64,000 nt of DNA from an uncultured virus (IMG/VR IMGVR_UViG_3300029258_003649) (taxonomy: Duplodnaviria > Heunggongvirae > Uroviricota > Caudoviricetes). Shown here piece by piece: positions 39,873 to 48,776 of the stretch (position 1 is its first letter; each line of letters opens with the position of its first letter). The notes beneath the pieces are model-generated. The model did no database searches. It was not told where the DNA came from and worked only from the letters and a program-made list of their open reading frames with translations. The stretch lies in IMG/VR virus record IMGVR_UViG_3300029258_003649; one strand, given 5' to 3'. The position numbers were made by a program, and so were the translations under genes.

Positions 39873-41647
39873 TGAGCGCACCACAATCATGCTCGATGCC
39901 GACGTTCGATTTCGGCATGCACATCAGCACTTCCGAATTCAGCATGGTCGCGATGGACTGTGCTGTTTGGCGGTGGTGCCCGTGCGATGGCGATACGGAC
40001 TGGATGCACTGCTCGATGCAGGCGTCGGTGTGTGAGGCTGCGGAGAACAACGGGCCGGAGTGCGGCGGCGACGGGACCTGGGAGTTTGTCTGCGGCGACG
40101 AGTCGATCGGTCCGCCGTGCATCACCGGGAGGTTCTACGGCGAGGGCGTCGTGATCTGCCGGTGCCCGACGGACCCGGAGCAGAGCAGCACCAGCTTGTA
40201 CGAACCAGAGATCTCCGTCGGCGAATGGTCCTGCTCCGGCGCGCCGCCCGGGCCGTTCCCGTGGTTCGTCGACTGGGGTCCGTACTCGCCCGGCGGATAT
40301 GTCCCGGATATCCTATTCGCCGACGACCCGCCCGGACCGGGGGCTAAAGGCGCGTGGACATGGTGTCCATGTAGCGGCGAAGTCCAGATGTCCAACTCGA
40401 TCGGTGACTGCCCGTTCCCGGGCAACTGCGATAGCGATTCCGCGGGGCCTGGCGAATGGCTCTTCCGCGGAGGTTCGTCGGATCTCGGTCCGCCGCCGAT
40501 CGTCGGCCGGTTCTACGGCGAGACAGTGTTCATCGGCTTCTGCTGCCAGGACGAGACGAGCACGGAGATGTCCTCGTATGTACCGGAGACGTCGGACAGC
40601 TGCTCCATGCCGGAGTTCCCGTTCTTCTGGTGGGACATGGATCTCGAGCTGATCCCGGAGGGCTGGAACGACGACGGCGCCGGCTGCGGGCTCGACGGGA
40701 TCTGCGGCGGGTGGATCTGGTGTCCCTGCAACGAGGCGGCTGATCCGTGCGCCATCACGTACCCCAGCAACCCAACATGCCCATTCCCAGGGACGTCGAC
40801 ACAGATCGATCCGGGTGAGTGGCTGCCGTACGAAGGGGGTGAAGACCCCGGACCGCCGCCGATCAAGGGACGGTTCTACGGCGAGCTCGTGTATTACTGC
40901 GCCTGCGAGGTGCAGGAGAGCGTGTCGGTGTCGTCGTCGTCCTCGTTCGCCGCCGACTGTGCCTGCGAGCTGTCCGGACTGGAAGTCACGGGCAACATGT
41001 CGCCGAACGTGACTGGGATCTACAACGTGGGCGGCTGGTACAACGGCCAGCTGTACTACACCAGCTGCGACGTGCCGGGCTACTACATCGTCTTCGATGA
41101 CGATCCGTTCTCGCCGTCGTGGTGGCTGCAAGACACGCCGCCCGGGACGCCGTATGACACGTACGCCTGGCAGATGTACGTGGTCGCAATCGGCGATCCG
41201 CCAACCGGTTCGTACTCAAACTACGGCGCCGGGAGCGGTGACGCCACGGTAGATTGCTGCAGCAACTGCCTCACGGACTGCAGCAACTGCCAGTCGACGG
41301 CGACGCTGAGCATCTCGGGGCTGAGCGGCAGCATTTGTAGTGGGATGAACGGGAACATCTCGCTGGCCAAGACCGGGTCGGGCACGGACTGCTACTACTT
41401 CGCTACCAACTTCCCGTCCACGTGCATCCAGGCATCGTACTGGTTGACCTGTGACTGCGGCGCCTGGGTCGTGTCCATCCAGGGGTCGTCGTGTGGGCCC
41501 GGCTTCGACAAGGAGCCGGGCTGGACGAGCGAGCCGCGCGAGCCGTCAGGGGCATCGCGGTGCCCGCCGACCGGCGCCTACACGATGCACATTTCCATTG
41601 ATGACTGTCCGAGCCAGATACCAACCGTCAGTGTGAGTTTCCCGTAA
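39872..41647 (+). CDS. Cys-rich repeat protein (putative fibre or receptor-binding protein)
   Basis: Three WxWCPC..GxW..GPPxIxGRFYGE..C repeats; very high Cys content; translationally coupled to both neighbours. Confidence 0.6.
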   Translation: MSAPQSCSMPTFDFGMHISTSEFSMVAMDCAVWRWCPCDGDTDWMHCSMQASVCEAAENNGPECGGDGTWEFVCGDESIGPPCITGRFYGEGVVICRCPTDPEQSSTSLYEPEISVGEWSCSGAPPGPFPWFVDWGPYSPGGYVPDILFADDPPGPGAKGAWTWCPCSGEVQMSNSIGDCPFPGNCDSDSAGPGEWLFRGGSSDLGPPPIVGRFYGETVFIGFCCQDETSTEMSSYVPETSDSCSMPEFPFFWWDMDLELIPEGWNDDGAGCGLDGICGGWIWCPCNEAADPCAITYPSNPTCPFPGTSTQIDPGEWLPYEGGEDPGPPPIKGRFYGELVYYCACEVQESVSVSSSSSFAADCACELSGLEVTGNMSPNVTGIYNVGGWYNGQLYYTSCDVPGYYIVFDDDPFSPSWWLQDTPPGTPYDTYAWQMYVVAIGDPPTGSYSNYGAGSGDATVDCCSNCLTDCSNCQSTATLSISGLSGSICSGMNGNISLAKTGSGTDCYYFATNFPSTCIQASYWLTCDCGAWVVSIQGSSCGPGFDKEPGWTSEPREPSGASRCPPTGAYTMHISIDDCPSQIPTVSVSFP

Positions 41648-42723
41648 TGTCCACGATTGTCTACACGCTATTGTCGCACCGCGGAGACATGCTGCAGGCG
41701 CAGCTGAAGATGATCCGCGAGAACATGAACGATGTGTCACGCATCGTTGCCGTGCAGGGTCCGTTCGGGACGAACCCTTGGATCTCTGCAGGGACCAAGA
41801 TGATGACCCCGGTGAAGGCAGAGGAGCTCGGCATCGAGTTGCTGACCGGTGCCCAGGTCGTCGGCGGCTTCCAGATCTCCCACCGGGTACCGCTGCTCAT
41901 CAACCAGTGCATCGAACACGCGCTGGCGCAGCCCGAGCGGTTCATGGCGGTGTTTCACGGGGACCTGGTGCCCTATTTGAAGACAGATGCACGCGTACTG
42001 CTGTCCGACTTTGAAGTTGCGGCGCGCGGCGCGGCAATGCCAGAGGGCCAGCGGATATGGCCTACCTGGTTCGCCTTGGATACTGAGGCGCCGCGCGCCC
42101 AGAAGACACGGCTGCATCGGTTCTACCTGGTCGGCGGAGCCGCGTCCAAGCTATGGCGGGCGCACCAGGCGACGCAGTTCACGCACGAGCTGCCCGACAG
42201 CCTGCAGACGCTGCCGCAGCTGGCCACGTACCGGTACGAATGGTGTGAGCCCACGCTACTACACTTGAACCAGATGACTGTAGTCGACGACGATGCCAAC
42301 GCACATAAGCTGGACGGGTTAGAGGAGGCGTCCGGCGTGTCGCTACCACGTGGCGACGTGTGCGTTGAAATCGTCAACACCGGCGACCTGCCGTTCTTCC
42401 GGCCGAAGCGGATCGGACCGATGGCCCGGACGCCTGTGAAGAGCGCCAAGTTGTCCTCCAACTACGTGACCAAGTTCGTACTCGCCATGCAGAACTGGGT
42501 CACCGCCGGCACGCCGGAGCGGAACGACGAGGAGCGGATCTACATCTACAACGAGTGCTGCCTCAAGTGTCCCAATCTAGTGGACAACACGTGCACATCG
42601 TGCGGCTCGAGCGTTCGCGGCGACGAGCCGGGAGTCACCAGTCGTTTGACGCAGGTCAGCGACAAGCCTATCCTCAACAAGATACGGATGGCAACCGAAC
42701 ACTGTCCTATCTGGCAGTGGTAG
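41647..42723 (+). CDS. Degenerate glycosyltransferase-like protein with a C-terminal Cys cluster
   Basis: AVFHGDLVP (DxD-like) segment; C-terminus CLKCP..CTSCG..KIRMATEHCPIWQW. Confidence 0.45.
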   Translation: MSTIVYTLLSHRGDMLQAQLKMIRENMNDVSRIVAVQGPFGTNPWISAGTKMMTPVKAEELGIELLTGAQVVGGFQISHRVPLLINQCIEHALAQPERFMAVFHGDLVPYLKTDARVLLSDFEVAARGAAMPEGQRIWPTWFALDTEAPRAQKTRLHRFYLVGGAASKLWRAHQATQFTHELPDSLQTLPQLATYRYEWCEPTLLHLNQMTVVDDDANAHKLDGLEEASGVSLPRGDVCVEIVNTGDLPFFRPKRIGPMARTPVKSAKLSSNYVTKFVLAMQNWVTAGTPERNDEERIYIYNECCLKCPNLVDNTCTSCGSSVRGDEPGVTSRLTQVSDKPILNKIRMATEHCPIWQW

Positions 42724-42743
42724 ATTTTATTCACAGGAATAAA

Positions 42744-44714
42744 ATGTCCGAGAAGATCGTCCTCACACACGGCTGCGCCCCAGGCGACATCGTCTGCATG
42801 ACGGCGCTGCCACGGGACATCCAGGCGGCATACCCCGGGAAGTACGAGATCCACGTGGCGACGCACGCCAAGACGCTGTGGAAGAACAACCCGCACGTCG
42901 CCGGGGTCTACAGCAAGCCGCAGCGTGGCCTGCGCCAGATCAAGATCGACTACGGCTGGGCCATCCGGCAGATCACTGCTAACAAGCTGCACTTCATCAC
43001 GGCATTTCATCGTGACTTCTTCAGACGCGAGAAGCTCCAAGTGCCCGTGCTCTATCCGAAGGGTGACCTGTACATCGACACGTGGAAGGAATCCAACCCG
43101 CCGATCCAGGGCCGGTACTGGGTTGTTATCGCGGGCGGAAAATCCGACTTCACGTGCAAGATCTGGTCGTCCCGCCGCTGGCAGATGGTCGTCGACCAGC
43201 TCGGCGAGCGGGGCATCACGGTTGTCCAGTGCGGTGCGACCCACAAAGGCCCGCCCCAGAACTGGCAGCCTGAACTGAGTAACGTAGTTAATCTAGTCGA
43301 CCAAACCAACCTGAGGGAGATGTTATGGCTAATCAAACACGCGGACGGCGTGATCTGCCACGTGACGTTTGCGGCGCACGTGGCCGCGGTGTTCGACAAA
43401 CCATGCGTGGTGATCGCCGGGGGGCGGGAGCACTGGTGGTGGGAAGCCTATGTGAACGTCGCCGGAGTAAGACACTTCGGACCATATGCCCAGGATGTGG
43501 TGACACCTCACCGATTCCTACATACCCAGGATCTGCTAGACTGTTGTAAGGGGCGGGGATGCTGGAAGAACAAGGTGACCAGGGCTGAGCCGGACAAGGG
43601 CCGGTCGTACTGCAAACTCCCGGTCGCCGACGGGTTCGGCCAGACGATCCCCAAGTGCCTTGAAATGATCACAGTTGACCATGTCGTAGAGGCTGTCATG
43701 ACCTATTACGAAGACGGAACCCTGCCGCCCATCTCGCAGAACCCGCAGGAGAAGATCGTGCTGCCGACCGGCGACCCGCCACCGCAGCCCGTGGTTCCGA
43801 AGACCACGCTCGATCTGTTCGCCCCGATCGACGAGCTGATGGCGCAGGTGCAGCAGCCGACACCGCCGCCAGACGACATGCTGCACAACTTCGCAGTGAT
43901 GAAAGGCGACAACCCGGAGAAGCCGATCGTTGCCGACCCCTGGGACCACGAGTTCCTCGGGGGCCATGCGACGCTGTGCGTCCTCATGTACGGCGACTAC
44001 CACGATATGCACAAGGCATGCCTCGACAGCATCATCCGCACGACTGCGCCCGCGCGCGTGCAGATCCGAGTTGGGGGTAACGCCCTCTGCCCGGGCACAC
44101 GGCACTACCTGGAGGCGCTGCATGCCAGCGGCGAGATCCACAAGCTCTACATCAATCCGACCAACGACAAGAAGTACCCGGTGATGCGCCGGATGTTCCA
44201 CGATCGGGAGGACCCGATCACCGACAAGTGGGTCCTCTGGTTCGACGATGACACGATCTGCAACCGGGACCCGAAGTGGTTCCACAAGCTGGGCCACAAG
44301 ATCATCGCCGAGTACCCTCGGGGCGCGCGGATGTTTGGCGACCTGCTGTACTCGACGTTCAACCCCACCCAGATGGCCTGGATTGTCTCCCGCCCGTGGT
44401 ACAAGGGCCGGAACTTCCAGATGAAGAACCGTCGGGAGGCGCCAAACGGCAACAAAGTCTTTTTCGCAAGCGGGGCCTTCTGGGCGTTGTCAACTGAGGT
44501 TATGTACGCCGCGGGCATCCCCGACGAGCAGTTCGGCCACAACGGCGGGGACTACATGATCGGGGAGCAGGTGTGGCAGGCCGGGTACCATACGGCCGAC
44601 TGGAACAAGGGAAAACGGTTCGTCCACTCGTCTTCCGTCGGGCGGCGGGGGCTGGATGAGGTCCATACGGGGATGCCGGGCTGGGTGCCAGGCGGGGTAT
44701 CCAAAAGACGCTGA
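42744..44714 (+). CDS. Two-domain glycosyltransferase (GT9 heptosyltransferase-like plus GT-A/GT2-like)
   Basis: APGDIVCMT, WKNNPHV and HVAAVFDKPCVVIAGGRE (GT9); then VLWFDDD (GT-A DxD). Confidence 0.8.
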   Translation: MSEKIVLTHGCAPGDIVCMTALPRDIQAAYPGKYEIHVATHAKTLWKNNPHVAGVYSKPQRGLRQIKIDYGWAIRQITANKLHFITAFHRDFFRREKLQVPVLYPKGDLYIDTWKESNPPIQGRYWVVIAGGKSDFTCKIWSSRRWQMVVDQLGERGITVVQCGATHKGPPQNWQPELSNVVNLVDQTNLREMLWLIKHADGVICHVTFAAHVAAVFDKPCVVIAGGREHWWWEAYVNVAGVRHFGPYAQDVVTPHRFLHTQDLLDCCKGRGCWKNKVTRAEPDKGRSYCKLPVADGFGQTIPKCLEMITVDHVVEAVMTYYEDGTLPPISQNPQEKIVLPTGDPPPQPVVPKTTLDLFAPIDELMAQVQQPTPPPDDMLHNFAVMKGDNPEKPIVADPWDHEFLGGHATLCVLMYGDYHDMHKACLDSIIRTTAPARVQIRVGGNALCPGTRHYLEALHASGEIHKLYINPTNDKKYPVMRRMFHDREDPITDKWVLWFDDDTICNRDPKWFHKLGHKIIAEYPRGARMFGDLLYSTFNPTQMAWIVSRPWYKGRNFQMKNRREAPNGNKVFFASGAFWALSTEVMYAAGIPDEQFGHNGGDYMIGEQVWQAGYHTADWNKGKRFVHSSSVGRRGLDEVHTGMPGWVPGGVSKRR

Positions 44715-44765
44715 TAGTGCGTATAATACCGAGATCGTGCACGAAGCCCAGCAAGGAGGCTAGGA

Positions 44766-45188
44766 ATGTCCAGCTCACTCGGTCCCGAGGTATCAATAAC
44801 TCTTACCCCGTACTTTGAGGCGGACTACGTGATCAACGGGAATGTTGGTTTCCGTCTCAGAATTGAGGCCTCGGCCGGCGAGGGGATCGATGACGAGATC
44901 TTTCGCTACTTTCGGAAGCCTATCAACCAGGTCACGGGGGTGTCCGACAGCGTCCTATCCGGCGTTTGCTCGTGGCCCGACCTCCTCGAGCTTCCTATCA
45001 CCGAGCCAGAGCCGGACACTAGTCCTCCGGGCTTTCGCTTGAGCTACATGGATGTCGTGGTCGACAGCGAGTCGATGGCCACCGACATCTGGGAGCTCAT
45101 TCAGACACAGGTCCAGGAGCTCGTCCAAACGGTGAAGGACGGAGAGAACCTGGAGGCACAACCGCCGGTCACGATCATATCGAGCTAG
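44766..45188 (+). CDS. Hypothetical protein
   Basis: AAGGAGG RBS; TATAAT at 44722-44727. Confidence 0.65.
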   Translation: MSSSLGPEVSITLTPYFEADYVINGNVGFRLRIEASAGEGIDDEIFRYFRKPINQVTGVSDSVLSGVCSWPDLLELPITEPEPDTSPPGFRLSYMDVVVDSESMATDIWELIQTQVQELVQTVKDGENLEAQPPVTIISS

Positions 45189-45190
45189 TC

Positions 45191-45532
45191 ATGGGCGCAC
45201 CGCTTCTGCTGTCACCGCAGATGATCGACAAGGCTATTGCCTCTGAGGCGTACCACGAGTTCGTGTTCTTCAAAGATCCGCCTCACGAGAAGCCGTATGT
45301 CATACCGCAGTCGAAGGCGGTCGGCTGTGGCCGCCCTCGTTGTAGCAAACTGGCCAAGAAGCAGGCCCAGAAAGCCGCGACCAGCCCGGTCGTCGACTAC
45401 AACGAGATCAAGCGGTGCATCATGAGCCTTACCTTCGATCAGCAGCAGCGACTCAAGGAGTTGTTTAGCTGCACCTCTCTAAAGCTCCACTACCGCGATC
45501 GCCGCAACGCCATGCAGCGACGGGTTATCTGA
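45191..45532 (+). CDS. Hypothetical basic protein
   Basis: Coupled ORF with a GCGRPRC motif. Confidence 0.6.
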   Translation: MGAPLLLSPQMIDKAIASEAYHEFVFFKDPPHEKPYVIPQSKAVGCGRPRCSKLAKKQAQKAATSPVVDYNEIKRCIMSLTFDQQQRLKELFSCTSLKLHYRDRRNAMQRRVI

Positions 45533-45533
45533 G

Positions 45534-45570
45534 CTGAATAACCGACATATTCAGGGCATTATTACATAGA
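45534..45570 (+). promoter_or_regulatory. Putative phage promoter/operator, copy 1
   Basis: Palindrome CTGAATA-N7-TATTCAG overlapping CGACATA-N4-GGGCATTAT-N4-TAGA. Confidence 0.5.
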
Positions 45571-45663
45571 GCCCCTTTACCGGTGCCTAGAGGCGGTTTG
45601 GAGCTGCCGTTCTCGCCATCGTCGGTGTTTCAAGCTCTCATCCCCCCCCCAAGGAGGACGGAG

Positions 45664-45978
45664 ATGCATGGGGAAAGGATACTCAGCTGCGATGGCGCAA
45701 TACGCAAGTGCTGGCGTAAGGTCGACCATCACAAGCTGATGATCTATGAGTTCATGGAAGAGCTCGGACAGTGTTGTATGTGCGCAACGCTGAATGAACT
45801 GTCGCTGTGGCCGGGGCACCCAGACCTCGGTGACAAGCGTGTCCAAGAACGGGTCAAGCGCCTGTTCCTGCATCACTTCAACACGGGGCGGCAACCTCGC
45901 TGCCCCTATCCCGCTACGAAGGAGGGCGAGATATGTCTGAAGCTGTCGAGACGGCGACCCAAACGGATGACGCCGTAG
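45664..45978 (+). CDS. Hypothetical protein
   Basis: AAGGAGG RBS at 45651; ATG at 45664. Confidence 0.55.
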   Translation: MHGERILSCDGAIRKCWRKVDHHKLMIYEFMEELGQCCMCATLNELSLWPGHPDLGDKRVQERVKRLFLHHFNTGRQPRCPYPATKEGEICLKLSRRRPKRMTP

Positions 45979-46160
45979 AGGCTCCCCCTGAGGAGCTTCA
46001 GGAATGTGTCGGCTGCGGTACCAAGCTACCGGCCGAGAAGATGCACCAATCGATGGGATTTGTGCACGTCTGCAGCGCTGGCTGTGAAGCAGCGTGGCTG
46101 CAAGACGACCCCCTGGGAAGCAGGAACTTCCTGCACGGTACCATTCCCGAGGACTACTAG
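45933..46160 (+). CDS. Small Zn-binding protein (CxxC..CSxxC)
   Basis: AAGGAGG RBS; CVGCG..VCSAGC. Confidence 0.55.
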   Translation: MSEAVETATQTDDAVEAPPEELQECVGCGTKLPAEKMHQSMGFVHVCSAGCEAAWLQDDPLGSRNFLHGTIPEDY

Positions 46161-46231
46161 TCGGTTTCAACTCACCCCGGAGCACCTGGTGCGGGGCAGC
46201 GCCAGGTGCTCCCCTTTCGAAAGGATGTACG

Positions 46232-46858
46232 ATGCGTTTTATGGTTACTACAATCGCGATGCTGTTGCTGAGTTCGCTGTGCTGCGGGGCCGAGCTGACG
46301 GAGAAGGAGCAGGATTTTCTCAAATCGATCCATTGGCCCGGGCAGGTCAATGATGTCGGGACGATCATCCCGACGATCGATCAGAAGCCACAGAAGTGGA
46401 TGCGCATGCCCACCATGAGTTCGAAGCGTGGCTTGCGTGTTTTTGCGCAGTCGGCGGAGGGAAAGGCGGTTCTGCGCGATCTGGCGCAGATCTACACGCC
46501 GGACGCGTGTCCGAGCGAGATTTCCCAGGCCGACTGGGCTGATATGCGCCGGATGCTGCTTCTGTTGGCGGCAGACGGCGGTCAGGACGAGGAGCTCCCG
46601 GAGTTGGTGGCGATTGTGCTGCTGAATCCGGACGGTCCAGCATACCTGGCTGACAACGTGATGCACCCTGCCGTGCGGGTTCTGGGTCCGCGCATGATGC
46701 AGGCAACGGAAACCAGGCTGGTCGAAGGTAAGGAAGTGGACAAGCAACGCATCTTCAGCGTGCTTCAGCACAACCACTGCCCTGTCGACGACATCGAGAT
46801 CAAACTTTACGTCGGAAAGATCACTCGGATCTGTAAAAAGTTTGGCATCTCGCTCTGA
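46232..46858 (+). CDS. Secreted or periplasmic hypothetical protein
   Basis: Signal peptide-like N-terminus MRFMVTTIAMLLLSSLCCGA. Confidence 0.6.
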   Translation: MRFMVTTIAMLLLSSLCCGAELTEKEQDFLKSIHWPGQVNDVGTIIPTIDQKPQKWMRMPTMSSKRGLRVFAQSAEGKAVLRDLAQIYTPDACPSEISQADWADMRRMLLLLAADGGQDEELPELVAIVLLNPDGPAYLADNVMHPAVRVLGPRMMQATETRLVEGKEVDKQRIFSVLQHNHCPVDDIEIKLYVGKITRICKKFGISL

Positions 46859-46875
46859 TACAACCGACGAATGGC

Positions 46876-46924
46876 CCCCTGCTGCCCTCCGCGAATGCGG
46901 AGGGCCAGGGGTGCCACCATTTTT
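46876..46924 (+). terminator. Terminator hairpin
   Basis: ccctccgc GAAT gcggaggg within cccctg/cagggg, followed by TTTTT. Confidence 0.65.
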
Positions 46925-46968
46925 AGCTACCAAAACTCGTCGAAAACGGGCGCTGGGCCTGTCAAAAA

Positions 46969-46998
46969 CGACATAATACCCGGGCATTATATAGTAGA
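46969..46998 (+). promoter_or_regulatory. Putative phage promoter, copy 2
   Basis: CGACATA-N6-GGGCATTAT-N4-TAGA, matching 45543-45570. Confidence 0.5.
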
Positions 46999-47061
46999 AC
47001 AGGTTAGACAACGCTCATGGCTTCGCCGAGAGTGGAAGCATTAAAGCTTCGCGTCTACCAG

Positions 47062-47095
47062 CCGCGGCGACTGGCAACGTCCGCCGCGGTTTTTT
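47062..47095 (+). terminator. Rho-independent terminator
   Basis: ccgcggcg / cgccgcgg stem followed by TTTTTT. Confidence 0.75.
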
Positions 47096-47124
47096 AGGTA
47101 CACAATCCGGCCCATCCGGTTGTG

Positions 47125-47235
47125 TGAGTTGCCCCAGGACGAATGAAGTCGGACGGACCGGAGACGGTCTTACTCTCCGTTAGTCGGCCCCTGATGCCGG
47201 CATGGCTTAGACCAGATTGGAGCTGGGGCAACTCA
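47125..47235 (+). ncRNA. Structured RNA element A (unknown family)
   Basis: 13-bp closing stem tgagttgccccag/ctggggcaactca and an inner gaccg-GAGA-cggtc GNRA hairpin; intergenic. Confidence 0.45.
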
Positions 47236-47299
47236 ATATTTCAGGGAGCTGCGAAAGCAGCTTGGTTTTCCAACTTATCCTTACCGTGGAGGCACAGCC

Positions 47300-48271
47300 A
47301 TGAGGTTTGGGAAGTGGATCATTCCAGCAATTATCGGTGTTGCTGGAGCGATTATCGTGACGCTTGACGTCTACTGCACCGATGCAGCGTTTCGTGGGCT
47401 CGGCCTTGCCTTTCTGGCCACCGTGGGTGCCGTAGGCGCTTTCATCTGGCAGCATCTGCTGGAGCGCCATCGGGAGAAACAACAAAAGTTGCGCGTCTTG
47501 GCCACCAAGAGTCGAGTGCACAACAGAGTTTCGACCACACTCACCGCCGCGTTGCGTGATTACGCAACCGACAAAGGCACGAAAGACATCCAGGACATGG
47601 CGGAGATCGAGATCGAACTCATGTCCAAGATCGCCGATCCCAACAACCCTCCACCTGTCACCTTGTTGCGGCAGTTGGAGTACATGCTGGCCTACGTGGA
47701 GGATTTCATCACCCACGGACTGGCCGGTGTGCTGGCGTCTGAGACGCCAGAAAAGCGACCTCTTCTCTATTCGGAACTCCTTTCCGAAACCCGCGAACAG
47801 CGATCGCGGATCGGTAAGTTGGAGACGGGCAAAGATGAGCTCGAGAGACAGCTATTCGAAGCGGCGGCGGAGCTCAAGAAGCTCCCGACCCTCACTGAAG
47901 GGCTCGCCACTGCGTCAGCTGCGCTCGCCGAGACCAGGAAGTCCCTCCAAAGTACCGAGACTAAGATTGCGAAAGTCGCGGACCGGGCAGCCAAAAGCCC
48001 GGAACCCCCTGCGGCATCCCCGCCGCAAGAACCTGAGAAGCCCCCCACATCTTCTCATAACGATCCTCTACGTTGCAAATGGTGCGGTCGGCACTCGAAG
48101 GCTAAGAAAAACTCATGCGGTGAGTTGAAGCCACTCGGGCGCGACCTAATACTATCTCCAACGGAGAGCATCCCGAATCCGGATCTCTGCGCCAGGTGCA
48201 CAAAGCTTGCGCTGGCAGGAAATACGGACACCCCCACGCCGGAGCCAAAGGAAACTCCGGTACCCACCTAA
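47300..48271 (+). CDS. Membrane-anchored coiled-coil protein with a C-terminal Cys cluster
   Basis: GGAGG RBS; two N-terminal hydrophobic helices, a coiled coil and CKWC..C..CARC. Confidence 0.7.
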   Translation: MRFGKWIIPAIIGVAGAIIVTLDVYCTDAAFRGLGLAFLATVGAVGAFIWQHLLERHREKQQKLRVLATKSRVHNRVSTTLTAALRDYATDKGTKDIQDMAEIEIELMSKIADPNNPPPVTLLRQLEYMLAYVEDFITHGLAGVLASETPEKRPLLYSELLSETREQRSRIGKLETGKDELERQLFEAAAELKKLPTLTEGLATASAALAETRKSLQSTETKIAKVADRAAKSPEPPAASPPQEPEKPPTSSHNDPLRCKWCGRHSKAKKNSCGELKPLGRDLILSPTESIPNPDLCARCTKLALAGNTDTPTPEPKETPVPT

Positions 48272-48390
48272 CGGCCTGATCGTACATAGACCTGCGGACT
48301 TTATAGTCGGGGACTATGGACAGGACGTCACCAAAACCTGTTCCACTTGTTCCCGCTATAAAGTTCGTAAGTTTATGTAAGATCTGGCCG
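48272..48390 (+). other. Long imperfect RNA hairpin (about 45-50 bp)
   Basis: Nested pairs cggcc/ggccg, tacatagac/gtttatgta, tgcggactttatag/ctataaagttcgta and cggggac/gttcccg, with G-U pairs. Confidence 0.75.
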
Positions 48391-48485
48391 GGCATTGGCC
48401 CGACCTTTCTTTAGCTATCCGGATTTGGTAGCATAATACCAGCAGTCCGGAGGTCGGATTGCACCGGAAACGCTGGAGAAATAGG

Positions 48486-48776
48486 ATGATCGTCGTCAAC
48501 GAACGAGAATCGGGACCCGTCCGCGGGGTGGGTATGGACAAGCTCAAGGTCGTCATCGATGGCCAGGACCGGGGCGAGGTGGAGCATCAACGCTGCAAGG
48601 AGCTGGCACGGGAGGAAGCATCCCGGCGTGGCTTCTCGGGCGGCGGGATGACGGACAACCCAATCGTAGGGCCGGTCGGTACGGATGGCGAAATGCTTGA
48701 CGGTGCCGACGCCCTGGACCCAAACGCGCAAGTCGTTGGCTTCCGCGCAGAGTTCCTTTTCGCACAGAGAGCATGA
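48486..48776 (+). CDS. Hypothetical protein
   Basis: GGAG RBS; ATGA-coupled to the next gene. Confidence 0.6.
   Translation: MIVVNERESGPVRGVGMDKLKVVIDGQDRGEVEHQRCKELAREEASRRGFSGGGMTDNPIVGPVGTDGEMLDGADALDPNAQVVGFRAEFLFAQRA

Noticed and set aside
47125..47235. Hammerhead ribozyme
   Set aside because: It has CTGATG and CGAA but lacks the full CUGANGA/GAAA core in a workable arrangement.
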